Shown: positions 28,301 through 38,574, counted from the stretch's first letter. The stretch is DNA of 64,000 bases from Porphyrobacter sp. IPPAS B-1204 (GCA_003724185.1 RHGM01000004.1:59466-123465); one strand, 5' to 3'. Made by a program: numbers and translations. The notes: a model not told the origin generated them from the letters alone.

Positions 28301-30361
28301 TTGTTCTCGAAAATCCTGATTGCCAACCGCGGCGAAATCGCCTGCCGGGTTATCACCACTGCCCGCAAGATGGGGATCAAGACCGTCGCGGTCTATTCCG
28401 ACGCTGACGCCCGCGCGCCCTTTGTGGCGATGGCGGACGAGGCGGTGCATATCGGGCCGTCGCCAGCGGCTGAAAGCTACCTGCTCGCCGACAAGATCAT
28501 CGCTGCCTGCAAGCAGACCGGGGCCGAGGCCGTGCACCCCGGCTATGGCTTCCTGTCGGAGCGCACCTCATTCGCCGAAGCGCTGGCGAAGGAGAACATC
28601 GCCTTCATCGGCCCGCCGGTCGGCGCCATCGCCGCAATGGGCGACAAGATCGAATCCAAGAAACTCGCCAAGCAGGCGGGCGTCAATGTCGTCCCCGGCT
28701 TTGTCGGCGAGATCGAGGATACCGAGCACGCGGTGCGGATTTCGGACGAGATCGGCTACCCGGTGATGATGAAGGCCAGCGCAGGCGGTGGGGGCAAGGG
28801 GATGCGCCTTGCGTATAGCGAAGCCGATGTGCGCGAAGGCTTTGAAGCGGTAAAGCGCGAGGGGCTGAGCAGCTTCGGTGATGATCGCGTCTTCATCGAG
28901 AAGTTCATCCTCAACCCGCGCCATATCGAAATCCAGATCCTCGGCGACCAGCACGGCAATATCCTCTACCTCAACGAGCGCGAATGCTCGATCCAGCGCC
29001 GCCACCAGAAGGTGGTCGAGGAAGCGCCGTCGCCTTTCGTCACGGCGAAAATGCGCAAGGCGATGGGCGAGCAATGCGTCGCGCTGTCGCGCGCGGTGGG
29101 GTATTACAGCGCGGGCACGGTCGAACTGATCGTCAGCGGCGCGGACCCGACGGGGGAGAGTTTCTACTTCCTCGAAATGAACACACGTTTGCAGGTGGAA
29201 CACCCCGTCACCGAGGCGATCACCGGCATTGATCTGGTCGAACAGATGATCCGCGTCGCAGCGGGCGAAAAGCTCGCCTTCACGCAGGACGATATCGGGA
29301 TTGACGGCTGGGCGATCGAAAACCGTGTCTATGCCGAAGACCCCTATCGCGGGTTCCTGCCGTCCACCGGGCGGCTGGTGCACTATTCGCCGCCACTGGC
29401 TGGCTGGACGGAGGATGAAACCGTCGGCGGCAAGGCACGGCGCGGGGTTGCGCGTGGCGCAGGCTCGGTGCGGGTCGATGACGGGGTTTACGAAGGCGGC
29501 GAGGTTTCGCGCTTCTACGATCCGATGATCGCCAAGCTGATCACCTGGGCACCCACACGCGATGAGGCGGCCGATCTGCAGATCGAGGCGCTCGACAATT
29601 TCCGGATCAAGGGGCTGGGGCACAATGTCGATTTCCTCAGCGCAATCATGCAGCACCCGCGCTTCCGCTCGGGGGAGCTCACCACCGGGTTCATCGCCGA
29701 GGAATATCCCGAAGGCTTCCACGGCGCGGCGACTTCCGACGCGGTGATGCGCCTGCTGGCTGCCGTCTGCGCGGGCAATGAATTCACGCTGCAAAGCCGC
29801 GCACGCCGCATCTCCGGGCAACTTGATGGCGACGACGGGCGCGAGGGCGTGCAGCGGGTGACCAGCGAATGGCTGGTGAAGATCGGCGACCAGCGCTTTG
29901 AAGTGATCCTCGGAGATGGCCACGCGATGGTGGACGGCGTCAGGGTCGATGGCACTTGCGATTGGCGGCCGGGGATGGCGCAGGCCACCGCGACCGACGG
30001 GACAGGCCAGAGCTATGGCCTGATCGTCGAACGGATTGGCAACCGCTGGAAGGTGACCACGCGCGGCGCGGCGCACACTGCGCTGGCGTTGCCGCTGCGG
30101 CTTGCCCGGCATGAAACTCTGATGCTGGAAAAGGTGCCGCCCGATCTGTCGCGCTTCCTGATCTGCCCGATGCCGGGGATGCTGGTGAAGCTCCACGTGG
30201 CCGAGGGCGAAACGGTGCAGCCGGGTCAGCCGCTCGCCACGGTCGAGGCGATGAAGATGGAAAACATCCTGCGCGCCGAGAAAGAGGGCGTAATCGCCAA
30301 GATCAACGCTGCCGAAGGCGAGAGCCTCGCGGTGGATGCGGTGATTCTGGAGCTGGAATAG
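28301..30361 (+). CDS. pccA: propionyl-CoA carboxylase alpha subunit (biotin carboxylase plus biotin carrier)
   Basis: ILIANRGEIACR, HPGYGFLSE, RECSIQRRHQK, FLEMNTRLQVEH and EAMKM biotinylation site. Confidence 0.93.
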   Translation: MFSKILIANRGEIACRVITTARKMGIKTVAVYSDADARAPFVAMADEAVHIGPSPAAESYLLADKIIAACKQTGAEAVHPGYGFLSERTSFAEALAKENIAFIGPPVGAIAAMGDKIESKKLAKQAGVNVVPGFVGEIEDTEHAVRISDEIGYPVMMKASAGGGGKGMRLAYSEADVREGFEAVKREGLSSFGDDRVFIEKFILNPRHIEIQILGDQHGNILYLNERECSIQRRHQKVVEEAPSPFVTAKMRKAMGEQCVALSRAVGYYSAGTVELIVSGADPTGESFYFLEMNTRLQVEHPVTEAITGIDLVEQMIRVAAGEKLAFTQDDIGIDGWAIENRVYAEDPYRGFLPSTGRLVHYSPPLAGWTEDETVGGKARRGVARGAGSVRVDDGVYEGGEVSRFYDPMIAKLITWAPTRDEAADLQIEALDNFRIKGLGHNVDFLSAIMQHPRFRSGELTTGFIAEEYPEGFHGAATSDAVMRLLAAVCAGNEFTLQSRARRISGQLDGDDGREGVQRVTSEWLVKIGDQRFEVILGDGHAMVDGVRVDGTCDWRPGMAQATATDGTGQSYGLIVERIGNRWKVTTRGAAHTALALPLRLARHETLMLEKVPPDLSRFLICPMPGMLVKLHVAEGETVQPGQPLATVEAMKMENILRAEKEGVIAKINAAEGESLAVDAVILELE

Positions 30362-30404
30362 CGCGCTTTCCTAACGCCGGGGCGGGTGGCAGATTGAGGG
30401 TCAG

Positions 30405-30441
30405 GAGTGATTTCGCGGTGAAACCAAGCGCGAAATCACTC
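30405..30441. terminator. 13-bp perfect inverted repeat between convergent genes (terminator or repeat element)
   Basis: GAGTGATTTCGCG-N11-CGCGAAATCACTC. Confidence 0.55.
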
Positions 30442-30526
30442 AACGCTCTGATAAATCATGGGAATTGAAAATGCAGGGCGTGTCTAGGCGCGTTCTAGAC
30501 CCCTGCCAGACCGCTTTTGGCCCCTG

Positions 30527-30985
30527 CTAGACCAGTGCCAGATGCAGGCACTGGTTGAAGTCGGTCAGGGTGTAATCGGCAAACGCCTCGCCATTCACGA
30601 ACCCGCGTTGGCGGTAGAGCGCCAGCGCCGGATCAAAGGTCGGGCCGCTGCCAGTTTCAAGGCTGAGCCGGATGATGCCGCTCTCGCGGGCATGATCGAT
30701 GATCGTCTCCAGCAACCGCGCCGCAATTCCGCGCCGCAGGAACGAAGGATGGGTGCGCATCGATTTGATCTCGGCCTGACCACCGTCGAGGCGCTTGAGC
30801 GCGCCAATTCCCGCCACCTGCTGATCGACCCACACCGCCCAGACAGTCACCGCCGGATCGGCCAATCCCGTCAGGTCGAGGGCAAAGCTGAGACCGGGCG
30901 GGGAACCGGCCTGCATTGCCTGCTGGTGATAGGCAATCAGCGACTGAACCTGACAGTCGGCAAGGTCGGCGTGCGCGATGATCAT
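30527..30985 (-). CDS. GNAT family N-acetyltransferase
   Basis: [19 protein letters not shown]...LSLETG...ALALY...GF motifs; start overlaps the aroB stop. Confidence 0.88.
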   Translation of the reverse strand: MIIAHADLADCQVQSLIAYHQQAMQAGSPPGLSFALDLTGLADPAVTVWAVWVDQQVAGIGALKRLDGGQAEIKSMRTHPSFLRRGIAARLLETIIDHARESGIIRLSLETGSGPTFDPALALYRQRGFVNGEAFADYTLTDFNQCLHLALV

Positions 30986-32109
30986 GCAGGCAGCGGCGTC
31001 AGTTCCGCATCGAGAAACGCAGCGATATCAGCCAGATCGACATCGCGGGCAACATAGGCCTCGCCCAGTGCGCGCAGCAGCAGGAAGGGCAGGGTGGTCG
31101 CTTCGGCCTTCTTGTCGTGGCGCATATGTTCGACCAGCCGCGCTCCGTCGCAGGTGAGGCCCAGAGCGGGAAGGTCGGCCGGCAATCCCGCCGCAGCAAT
31201 CGCCCGCGCTGCCCGTTCGGCATCGGCGCTGGAAATCTCCCCCCGCCGCGCCGAGTAACGCGCTGCCAAAACCATGCCCAGTGCCACGGCCTCGCCATGG
31301 AGCAGTCGGTCGGAAAAGCCCGTCTCCGCCTCCAGCGCATGGCCGAAAGTGTGCCCGAGATTGAGCAGGGCGCGCAGGTCATCGGTCTCGCGCTCGTCAG
31401 CGGCGACGATGCGGGCCTTCATCGCGATGCTGGTGGCGATGGCGTGTTCGAGCGCTGCAGGCTTGCGCGCCAGCACCGCCGCGCCGTTGGCTTCCAGCCA
31501 GCCGAAGAACGCTGCATCGCCCAGCAGCCCGTATTTCAGCACCTCGGCAAACCCGGCGCGCATTTCGCGGTCGGGCAGGGTGGCGAGCACCAGCGGATCG
31601 ATCAGCACCAGAGATGGCTGATGGAAGGCGCCGATCAGGTTCTTTCCCGCCGCCGTGTTGATCGCGGTCTTCCCGCCGACCGAACTGTCCACCTGCGCCA
31701 GCAAAGTCGTCGGCAATTGCACGAAGCCCACCCCGCGCTTGGTAATGGCGCAGGCAAAGCCGACCAGATCGCCGACCACCCCGCCGCCCAGCGCAAAGAC
31801 GTGATCCTTGCGCGTGACGCCGAGCGCCAGCAACCAATCGGTGAGCTGTTCCAGAACGCCCCAGGTCTTGGCGTCCTCGCCCGGTTCGACCACGAACCAG
31901 TCAACCTTGAAACCCTGCGCGGCCAGATCAGCCTCCACCCCCGCGCCATACAGGCGGTGCGTGTTGGTATCGGCCACAAACGGCACAGCGCGCCCGCTGG
32001 CATAACCCTTCAGGAACGGCGCGGCAGCCTCGGCAAGGCGTGCGAGCAGCCCTTCCTCGATCACCACATCATAAGCGCGCCCAGCCAGCGCGACGGGAAT
32101 TACAGCCAT
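30982..32109 (-). CDS. aroB: 3-dehydroquinate synthase
   Basis: [45 protein letters not shown] and HGEAV motifs. Confidence 0.96.
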   Translation of the reverse strand: MAVIPVALAGRAYDVVIEEGLLARLAEAAAPFLKGYASGRAVPFVADTNTHRLYGAGVEADLAAQGFKVDWFVVEPGEDAKTWGVLEQLTDWLLALGVTRKDHVFALGGGVVGDLVGFACAITKRGVGFVQLPTTLLAQVDSSVGGKTAINTAAGKNLIGAFHQPSLVLIDPLVLATLPDREMRAGFAEVLKYGLLGDAAFFGWLEANGAAVLARKPAALEHAIATSIAMKARIVAADERETDDLRALLNLGHTFGHALEAETGFSDRLLHGEAVALGMVLAARYSARRGEISSADAERAARAIAAAGLPADLPALGLTCDGARLVEHMRHDKKAEATTLPFLLLRALGEAYVARDVDLADIAAFLDAELTPLPA

Positions 32110-32669
32110 TGGTCAATCGCCTCGATAATCGCGCGGGCAGTGTCGGCATGGGGGCCGGTTTCGCTGACGACACGGATGTGGGCCTGTCCATAGAAAGGTG
32201 CGCGTTCCCGCGCCAGCCGGGTGAGGATTTCCTTGGGATCCCCCTGTTTCAGCAGCGGACGGTTGCCGCGCCGCGATGTGCGTTCGACCAGCGTATCGAT
32301 GTCGCAATCGATCCACACCGCTATGCCCTGATCAAGGATCAGCGTCCGGGTCGCCGGATCGACGAACGCGCCGCCGCCGGTCGCGATTACGCCGTGGGCT
32401 TCGTCCATCAGGCGGGCGATCACGCGGCGTTCGCCATCGCGGAAATAGGGCTCGCCGAAGGTTTCGAAGATTTCGGGGATGGAACGCTGGGCGGCCTCCA
32501 CAATCGCTTCGTCGGCATCGACGAAATCGCGCCGCAGCAGGCTGGCAAGCTTGCGCCCGACGGTGGATTTGCCGACGCCCATCAGGCCCACCAGCACCAC
32601 CGGGCGGGTGATGCGCTCGGCGATGGCAGCGAGCGCGGCAGGATCGTTGAGTGGAGGCGCGGCGGTCAT
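32100..32669 (-). CDS. aroK: shikimate kinase
   Basis: [26 protein letters not shown] and RPLL motifs. Confidence 0.95.
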   Translation of the reverse strand: MTAAPPLNDPAALAAIAERITRPVVLVGLMGVGKSTVGRKLASLLRRDFVDADEAIVEAAQRSIPEIFETFGEPYFRDGERRVIARLMDEAHGVIATGGGAFVDPATRTLILDQGIAVWIDCDIDTLVERTSRRGNRPLLKQGDPKEILTRLARERAPFYGQAHIRVVSETGPHADTARAIIEAIDQWL

Positions 32670-32707
32670 TGCGGCAGGGCCTATAGATGGGCTAGGGCAC
32701 GCGCAAT

Positions 32708-32908
32708 ATGCGAAACTCGCGTCATCCGCGTCTCTCCCCGACCGGCCTTCAGGAGGCTGCCGCTCCGCGTGTTCCTGCGGGGCGGCGCTGGATCGTGATC
32801 GCCAGCGTGGTGGTGGCCGCGCTGCTCGCGCTGGCGTGGTTTGACGGCGGGGAAAAGCCGCTCCGTCCGATTGCAGAGGATGTGGCGCTGCCGGAGCAAG
32901 GTGAATGA
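32708..32908 (+). CDS. small single-pass membrane protein
   Basis: 66 aa with a basic N-terminus and one TM helix (WIVIASVVVAALLALAW); stop overlaps the next start. Confidence 0.6.
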   Translation: MRNSRHPRLSPTGLQEAAAPRVPAGRRWIVIASVVVAALLALAWFDGGEKPLRPIAEDVALPEQGE

Positions 32909-34809
32909 GAGGTCAGCGGTTCGGCGCCAGCGTGCTGGCGATGGCTGTGGCGGGTGCGCTGGGCGGAGCCGGACTGGCGGGGTTTGCCGCTGCACAGGGC
33001 AAGCCCGAATCGCTGTTGCCGCCGGGGTTTGACGATCCCGCACCTGCGCCTACCCCGCGCCCGACATCAGCCCCTTCGCCGCAGCCCGGGACCACGGCAC
33101 CGCCGCCCGCAACGCAGCCCGGTGCCGTGCCGCTTCCCGGCGCGCCAGTTGACCCGGCCACACTGCCGCCGATGCCCACCATCACCCGCGACGATCTGTC
33201 GCGCCTGCCGAGCCTTGAAAAGCTTGAAAACATGTCGACCGAGGAGCTTGACCAGCTGCTCGGCCTGAAACCCAAGTCCGATATTCCCCCCGGCGCGCAG
33301 CGGGCACTGACCCGCGTTGGTGTGCTTGCGGTGGAGGAGGGCGGGCTGCCTCCGGTCGCCCTGTCGAACCAGTCGGACAAGCTGGTGCGCGCGGTGCTGG
33401 CCGGCACGCAAGGCCAGATGGTGTCGCGCTGGGGCCATATCCTGATGCGCCGTGCGCTCGCGAGCCGTCTGGCCGCGCCATTGGGCATGGACCCGATCGA
33501 ATTTGCCGCCCTGCGCGTGGGCGTGCTCAACCGCATCGGCGAATTCGCGCTGGCCCGCGCCGTGGTGCAGGACATCGACAGCGCCCAGTGGTCGCCCGCG
33601 CTGACGCAGGAGGCGCTGGCCGCCTATCTCGGCAGCGGGGACATTACCGGGGCCTGCCCGGCGGTGCGCCTGCAAGGCTCTGCGCGGGAGGATGGCGAGT
33701 GGCAGATGTGGCAGGCGATCTGCAACGCCTATGCCGGCGAAGCCGCGCTCGCCGCCTCGCAGCTTGACCGGGCGCTGGGGCGCGGGGTGGCGCCGCGGAT
33801 CGATGTGCTGCTGGCGCGGCGCTTTGCCGGAGCGGCAGGGCGCGGCCAGCGGGCGGTGCAGATCGAATGGCAGGGGGTGGATGATCTCAACCCCTGGCGC
33901 TTTGGCCTTGCGACCGCGCTGGGCGAGCCGTTGCCCGAAGGGCTGCTGGATGGGGCGATGACCGCGCAGGGCGGGGCCTATTACGCCCGCGCCGGCGCGC
34001 TGCTGCCGATGCTTCCTGCCACCCAGCGTGCGCCCTTTGCCGGGCGGGCCGCGCGTGAAGGGATCATGTCGGCCGATGCGATGGTCGATCTCTATTCCGA
34101 GGTTTACGCCGATTCCGCTGCCACTGGCGATCCGCAGACCCATGCCGCCGCTTTGCGCGAAGCCTATCTTGCGGCAGAGCCTTCTGCGCGCATCGCCGCG
34201 ATGGAGCGGCTTTGGGCGGCAGGCGCGACGCTGGGCGGCGGGGACGGTTACGGCGCGCGGGTGCTGACCGCCTATGCCGCCGCGCGCATTCCGGCGGACG
34301 AGGCCCATGCCGATGCGGCAGGCGATCTGATCGCGGCGATGTTGGCAGCCGGGCTTGATGCCAATGCGGTGCGCTGGGCAAATGTGGTCGAGGAAGGCTC
34401 GCTCGGCTGGGGCCTCTTGGCGCTCGGTGCCCCGCGTGGCGGGACGGTGGGTCAGGGCGCGGTCGATAGTTTCATCGGAAATGACGACAGCGAAAGCAGC
34501 CGCAAATCCGCCTTTCTGGTCGCAGGCCTCGCCGGGCTGGGCCGGCTGAGTGACGGTGACGCCAGCGCATTGGCCGGCGATCTTGACGTTGACCTTGCCC
34601 GCCAGACCCGCTGGACCCGCGCCATTGCGCGGGCTGCCGAGGTCGGCAATCCGGCGCTGGTGGTGTTTCTTGCAGGCCTCGGGATGCAGGGATCGAGCTG
34701 GTCGCAGATGACCCCGCTGCATCTCTATCACATCACTTCCGCCCTCAACCGTGTGGGGCTGGAGGCTGAGGCCCGGATGATCGCCGCCGAGGCCGTGGCG
34801 CGCGGGTAA
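32905..34809 (+). CDS. large exported alpha-helical hypothetical protein
   Basis: Signal peptide, ESLLPPGF motif, Pro-rich linker and Ala-rich helical body; operon position upstream of xerD. Confidence 0.75.
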   Translation: MRGQRFGASVLAMAVAGALGGAGLAGFAAAQGKPESLLPPGFDDPAPAPTPRPTSAPSPQPGTTAPPPATQPGAVPLPGAPVDPATLPPMPTITRDDLSRLPSLEKLENMSTEELDQLLGLKPKSDIPPGAQRALTRVGVLAVEEGGLPPVALSNQSDKLVRAVLAGTQGQMVSRWGHILMRRALASRLAAPLGMDPIEFAALRVGVLNRIGEFALARAVVQDIDSAQWSPALTQEALAAYLGSGDITGACPAVRLQGSAREDGEWQMWQAICNAYAGEAALAASQLDRALGRGVAPRIDVLLARRFAGAAGRGQRAVQIEWQGVDDLNPWRFGLATALGEPLPEGLLDGAMTAQGGAYYARAGALLPMLPATQRAPFAGRAAREGIMSADAMVDLYSEVYADSAATGDPQTHAAALREAYLAAEPSARIAAMERLWAAGATLGGGDGYGARVLTAYAAARIPADEAHADAAGDLIAAMLAAGLDANAVRWANVVEEGSLGWGLLALGAPRGGTVGQGAVDSFIGNDDSESSRKSAFLVAGLAGLGRLSDGDASALAGDLDVDLARQTRWTRAIARAAEVGNPALVVFLAGLGMQGSSWSQMTPLHLYHITSALNRVGLEAEARMIAAEAVARG

Positions 34810-35696
34810 TGTCCGCCGCGACCGACGCGTTCCTTGCCATGCTGGCTGCCGAACGCGGGGCTGCCGTTAATACACTCGCTGCCTACCGCCGCGATCTGGC
34901 GCAGGCTGAAGAGGCGATTGGCGATCTGGCCGAATCATCGCGCGATGCGGTCGCCAGCCTTGCCGGGGAATGGTCCACCCTTGCGCCTGCCAGCGTTGCG
35001 CGCAAGGCTTCGGCCTTGCGGCAGTTCTTCGGTTTTGCCGTGGACGAGGGCTGGCGCAAGGACGATCCATCGGGCGCGCTGCCCGCTCCCCGCGCACGCC
35101 GTCCGCTGCCCAAGGTGCTGGGCCATGACGCCATCGCAGCCCTGTTCGCCCGGGCCGAGGACGAAGCGGCCACGGATGATCCCCGCGCCGTGCGGCTGCT
35201 GGTCCTGATCGAATTGCTCTATGGCTCCGGCCTGCGCGCTACCGAACTCGTCAGCCTGCCCCTGTCCGCCGTGCCGCGTGATGCGCCGTTCCTGACCGTG
35301 ACGGGCAAGGGCGGGGCGAGCCGGATGGTGCCGGTCGGTCGCCGTGCGCTCGAAGCTCTTTCCCGCTGGCTGGCGCTGCGCCCGCAGGTGCCTGCATCGC
35401 GCTATCTGTTCCCGTCGGCAAAAGGCCAGCATCTCAGCCGGGTGCGCCTGTTCCAGCTGATCAAGGCACTGGCGGGCCGCGCCGGTCTTGACCCTGCTGC
35501 GATCAGCCCGCACGTGCTGCGCCACGCCTTTGCCACCCATCTGCTGGAGGGCGGGGCTGACCTGCGCGTGCTCCAGACATTGCTTGGCCATGCCGACATT
35601 TCCACCACCCAGATCTACACCCACGTGGATGCCGCAAGGCTGGTTGCCCTCGTCAATTCCCGCCACCCGCTTGCAACGCGTTCAACATCGGACTAG
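34809..35696 (+). CDS. xerD: tyrosine recombinase XerD
   Basis: LYGSGLRATEL, HVLRHAFATHLL and LGHADISTTQIYTH (R-H-R-H-Y catalytic residues); housekeeping context upstream of accA. Confidence 0.85.
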   Translation: MSAATDAFLAMLAAERGAAVNTLAAYRRDLAQAEEAIGDLAESSRDAVASLAGEWSTLAPASVARKASALRQFFGFAVDEGWRKDDPSGALPAPRARRPLPKVLGHDAIAALFARAEDEAATDDPRAVRLLVLIELLYGSGLRATELVSLPLSAVPRDAPFLTVTGKGGASRMVPVGRRALEALSRWLALRPQVPASRYLFPSAKGQHLSRVRLFQLIKALAGRAGLDPAAISPHVLRHAFATHLLEGGADLRVLQTLLGHADISTTQIYTHVDAARLVALVNSRHPLATRSTSD

Positions 35697-35705
35697 CGCC
35701 GCGCG

Positions 35706-36650
35706 ATGATTTCCTACCTCGATTTCGAGAAGCCGGTTGCCGCGCTGGAAGAGCGCATCGCACAATTGCGCAGCGTCAACGCGCTGCATGATGTCGATGT
35801 CGCCAGCGAGATTGGCCGGCTTGAGGCCAAGAGCACCGAACTGCTGGCCAGCACCTATGCCTCGCTCACCCCGTGGCAGAAGACGCAGGTCGCCCGCCAC
35901 CCGCAGCGCCCGCATTTCCGCGACTATGTTGCCCATGCTTTCAGCGAATTCGTGCCGCTGGGCGGGGACCGCCTGTATGGCGATGACCTTGCGATCATGG
36001 GCGGCTTTGCGCGGCTGAACGGGCGGCGGGTGATGCTGATCGGGCACGAAAAGGGCCACGACACCAAGACCCGGATCGCCCACAATTTCGGCATGGGCAA
36101 GCCGGAAGGCTACCGCAAGGCGATCCGCCTGATGCAGCTGGCCAGCCGATTCGGCCTGCCAGTGGTGACGCTGGTGGACACCTCGGGCGCATTTCCGGGG
36201 ATCGAGGCGGAAGAACGCGGCCAGGCCGAAGCCATCGCCCGGTCGACCGAAGCCTGCCTTGCGCTGGAAGTGCCAATGGTGGCCGCGATTGTCGGCGAAG
36301 GCGGATCCGGCGGCGCGGTTGCGTTGGCGTCGGCCAACAAGGTGCTGATGATGGAGCACGCGGTCTATTCGGTCATTTCGCCCGAAGGCTGCGCCTCGAT
36401 CCTGTGGCGCACGTCGGAGCGGGCAGCCGATGCCGCGCAGGCGATGAAGGTCACAGCCCAGCACCTCAAGCGTGACAATGTGATCGATCGCATCGTGAAA
36501 GAGCCGGTCGGGGGCGCACACCGCGATCCGGCCGCAGCGGCGCGGATGCTGGGCGCGGCTCTGACCGAGGAGCTTGATCTGATGGCGGCCAAGACCGGCG
36601 CCGAGCTTATCGCCCAGCGCGAAGACCGTTTTCTCGGCATCGGCGGCTAG
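35706..36650 (+). CDS. accA: acetyl-CoA carboxylase carboxyltransferase alpha subunit
   Basis: YLDFEKP, ARHPQRP, NFGMGKPEGYRKA, GEGGSGGA and YSVISPEGCASILW motifs. Confidence 0.96.
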   Translation: MISYLDFEKPVAALEERIAQLRSVNALHDVDVASEIGRLEAKSTELLASTYASLTPWQKTQVARHPQRPHFRDYVAHAFSEFVPLGGDRLYGDDLAIMGGFARLNGRRVMLIGHEKGHDTKTRIAHNFGMGKPEGYRKAIRLMQLASRFGLPVVTLVDTSGAFPGIEAEERGQAEAIARSTEACLALEVPMVAAIVGEGGSGGAVALASANKVLMMEHAVYSVISPEGCASILWRTSERAADAAQAMKVTAQHLKRDNVIDRIVKEPVGGAHRDPAAAARMLGAALTEELDLMAAKTGAELIAQREDRFLGIGG

Positions 36651-36761
36651 ATCGGGCAGAAACAGCCCATCCCACGTTAAGGTTACGTTTGCCAAGGCTT
36701 CCCGCTTGGCTGCTTTGCCACTAGGCTGGCAGCACGATAAAAACAGCGGGAGAAGCTGAAA

Positions 36762-38240
36762 ATGGCACGCATTTCACGCAAGATACTGGCGCTTGGCGCT
36801 GCGCCGCTGGCGCTCACCGGGTGCATGGGCGCAGGCGCACCGATCCCCTCGGCCTCGACCCCGATCACCCCGTCCGAAGCCCAGATGGGCGCGCAATACC
36901 ATCCCCAATTCCTTGCCGAATTCGGCGGGGCGATGACTGGCACCCACGCCCAGTATGTTGAGCAGGTGGGCAAGAACATCGCGGTGCAATCGGGCCTCGG
37001 TAATGCACGGGAAAGCTTCACCGTCAGCCTGCTGAATTCGCCGGTGCACAATGCCTTCGCGGTCCCGGGCGGCTATATCTACACCACCCGCCAGCTGGTC
37101 ACTCTGATGAACAACGAGGCGGAGCTGGCCGGCGTGCTTGGGCATGAAGTCGGTCACGTTGCCGCACGCCACAGCCAGCGGCGGCAGCAGGCGGCGCAGA
37201 AGAACTCGATCTTCGGGTTGCTCGGGGCGATCGGCTCGTCGATCCTGCTGGGCGATTCGGGGTTGGGTCAGACCTTGTCACGCACCTTCATGGAAGGCTC
37301 GCAGCTTTTGACGCTGAAGTTCTCGCGCTCGCAGGAACTGGAAGCGGATGATCTGGGCATCCAGTATCTCGGCCGGGCGGGCTATGATCGTAGGGCGATG
37401 GGAACCGTGCTGGCCAGCCTTGCTGCGCAGAACAGTCTTGATGCGCGTATCGCCGGGCGCAACGCCAGTGTGCCCGAATGGGCATCGACTCACCCGGACC
37501 CGGCCAGCCGCGTGCAAAGCGCGCTCGCCAAGGCAGGAGCCGCGGGAGCCGGCACCGGCGTCACGAATCGCGACACCTTCCTCACCCGGATCGACGGGCT
37601 GTTGTATGGTGACGATCCGGCACAGGGCATGATCGAGGGCAGCACCTTCATCCACCCCGAATTGCGCCTCGCTTTTACCGCGCCGCAGGGCTTCTACATG
37701 GTCAACGGCACCAGCGCGGTCAGCATTCAGGGGCAGGGCGGGCAGGCGCAGATGAAGTTTGCGCCCTATAACGGCAACCTTGAAACCTATGTGCGCCAGC
37801 AGTTCACGGCGCTTGGCGGGCAGAACAGCACGCTGGCACCGGCAGAAATGCAGCGCACCACGGTCAACGGCCTGCCAGCGGTTTATGGCACGGCACGGGT
37901 GAATAATGGCCAATCCCAGGTCGATGTCGTGGTGTTCGCCTACGAATTCGCGCGCGACCGGGCCTATCACTTCACAGCGATTGCGCCTGCCGGACGGGCG
38001 GGCACTTTCAACGCGATGTTCCAGTCGATGCGGCGAATCACCCAGACTGAAGCGGCCAGCATCGTGCCGAAAAAGCTTCAGGTGGTGACCGTGGCCCGCG
38101 GCGATACGGTGGCGAGCCTCGCTCGGCGGATGGCCTATCCCAGCGCGCAGGAAGATCGCTTCCGCGTGCTCAATGCGTTGGGCAGCGGCGACACTGTCAC
38201 GCCGGGGCAGAAGGTCAAACTGGTCGTGCGCGGACGCTGA
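36762..38240 (+). CDS. M48 family zinc metalloprotease lipoprotein with a C-terminal LysM domain
   Basis: Lipobox-like LALTG|C, NAFAVPGG, HEVGH, FSRSQELEAD, STHP and a C-terminal VARGDT...LN...PGQKVK. Confidence 0.88.
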   Translation: MARISRKILALGAAPLALTGCMGAGAPIPSASTPITPSEAQMGAQYHPQFLAEFGGAMTGTHAQYVEQVGKNIAVQSGLGNARESFTVSLLNSPVHNAFAVPGGYIYTTRQLVTLMNNEAELAGVLGHEVGHVAARHSQRRQQAAQKNSIFGLLGAIGSSILLGDSGLGQTLSRTFMEGSQLLTLKFSRSQELEADDLGIQYLGRAGYDRRAMGTVLASLAAQNSLDARIAGRNASVPEWASTHPDPASRVQSALAKAGAAGAGTGVTNRDTFLTRIDGLLYGDDPAQGMIEGSTFIHPELRLAFTAPQGFYMVNGTSAVSIQGQGGQAQMKFAPYNGNLETYVRQQFTALGGQNSTLAPAEMQRTTVNGLPAVYGTARVNNGQSQVDVVVFAYEFARDRAYHFTAIAPAGRAGTFNAMFQSMRRITQTEAASIVPKKLQVVTVARGDTVASLARRMAYPSAQEDRFRVLNALGSGDTVTPGQKVKLVVRGR

Positions 38241-38266
38241 AAAGGCGCGCACCGGATGCAAACGAA

Positions 38267-38300
38267 AAACGGCGGGGATTTCTCCCCGCCGTTTCTTTTT
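38267..38300. terminator. bidirectional intrinsic terminator (repeated at ~38674-38710)
   Basis: AAACGGCGGGGA-TTTC-TCCCCGCCGTTT with A/T tracts on both sides. Confidence 0.85.
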
Positions 38301-38319
38301 CGTCTTGCGACGGGATGAA

Positions 38320-38496
38320 TTAGGCGGTCACGCCCGGCTTCATCTTGGTGTTGACGTTGTTGAAGGTGCCCGAAAGGGTCGTGCCCAGCGCCGTCATGGC
38401 GGTGATCGCGGCAACCGCGATGAGGGCGGCGATCAGGCCGTATTCGATGGCAGTGGCGCCCTGTTCGTCACGGGCGAGATTCTTGAAAAAGGTCAT
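38320..38496 (-). CDS. Flp/Tad (type IVc) pilin, copy 1 (not in the ORF track)
   Basis: Manual translation MTFFKNLARDEQG|ATAIEYGLIAALIAVAAITAMTALGTTLSGTFNNVNTKMKPGVTA (58 aa), with the Flp G|ATAIEY motif. Confidence 0.95.
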   Translation of the reverse strand: MTFFKNLARDEQGATAIEYGLIAALIAVAAITAMTALGTTLSGTFNNVNTKMKPGVTA

Positions 38497-38574
38497 GGTC
38501 GGTCTCCTGTTTGGTCTTCGGTACCCAAGTCCACCTGGTCAGTGATGGACCGGTCGGAGGATAGTCGCCGTAAG

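Larger units (their letters stand above)
38264..38542. repeat. ~280-bp tandem duplication, copy 1 (terminator, pilin gene and leader)
   Basis: Near-identical to 38671-38952 (offset ~407 bp). Confidence 0.92.

Noticed and set aside
34809-35696. Tyrosine recombinase as an integron or phage integrase serving the small-gene array at 23.5-28.2 kb
   Set aside because: It looks like housekeeping XerD in a core operon with accA. It lacks the integron-integrase insertion, and I found no attC-like repeated palindromes between the cassette-like genes.
36677-36691. CtrA-like TTAA-N7-TTTG upstream of the M48/LysM protease
   Set aside because: Two mismatches in one half and only a single site; it could arise by chance in promoter DNA.
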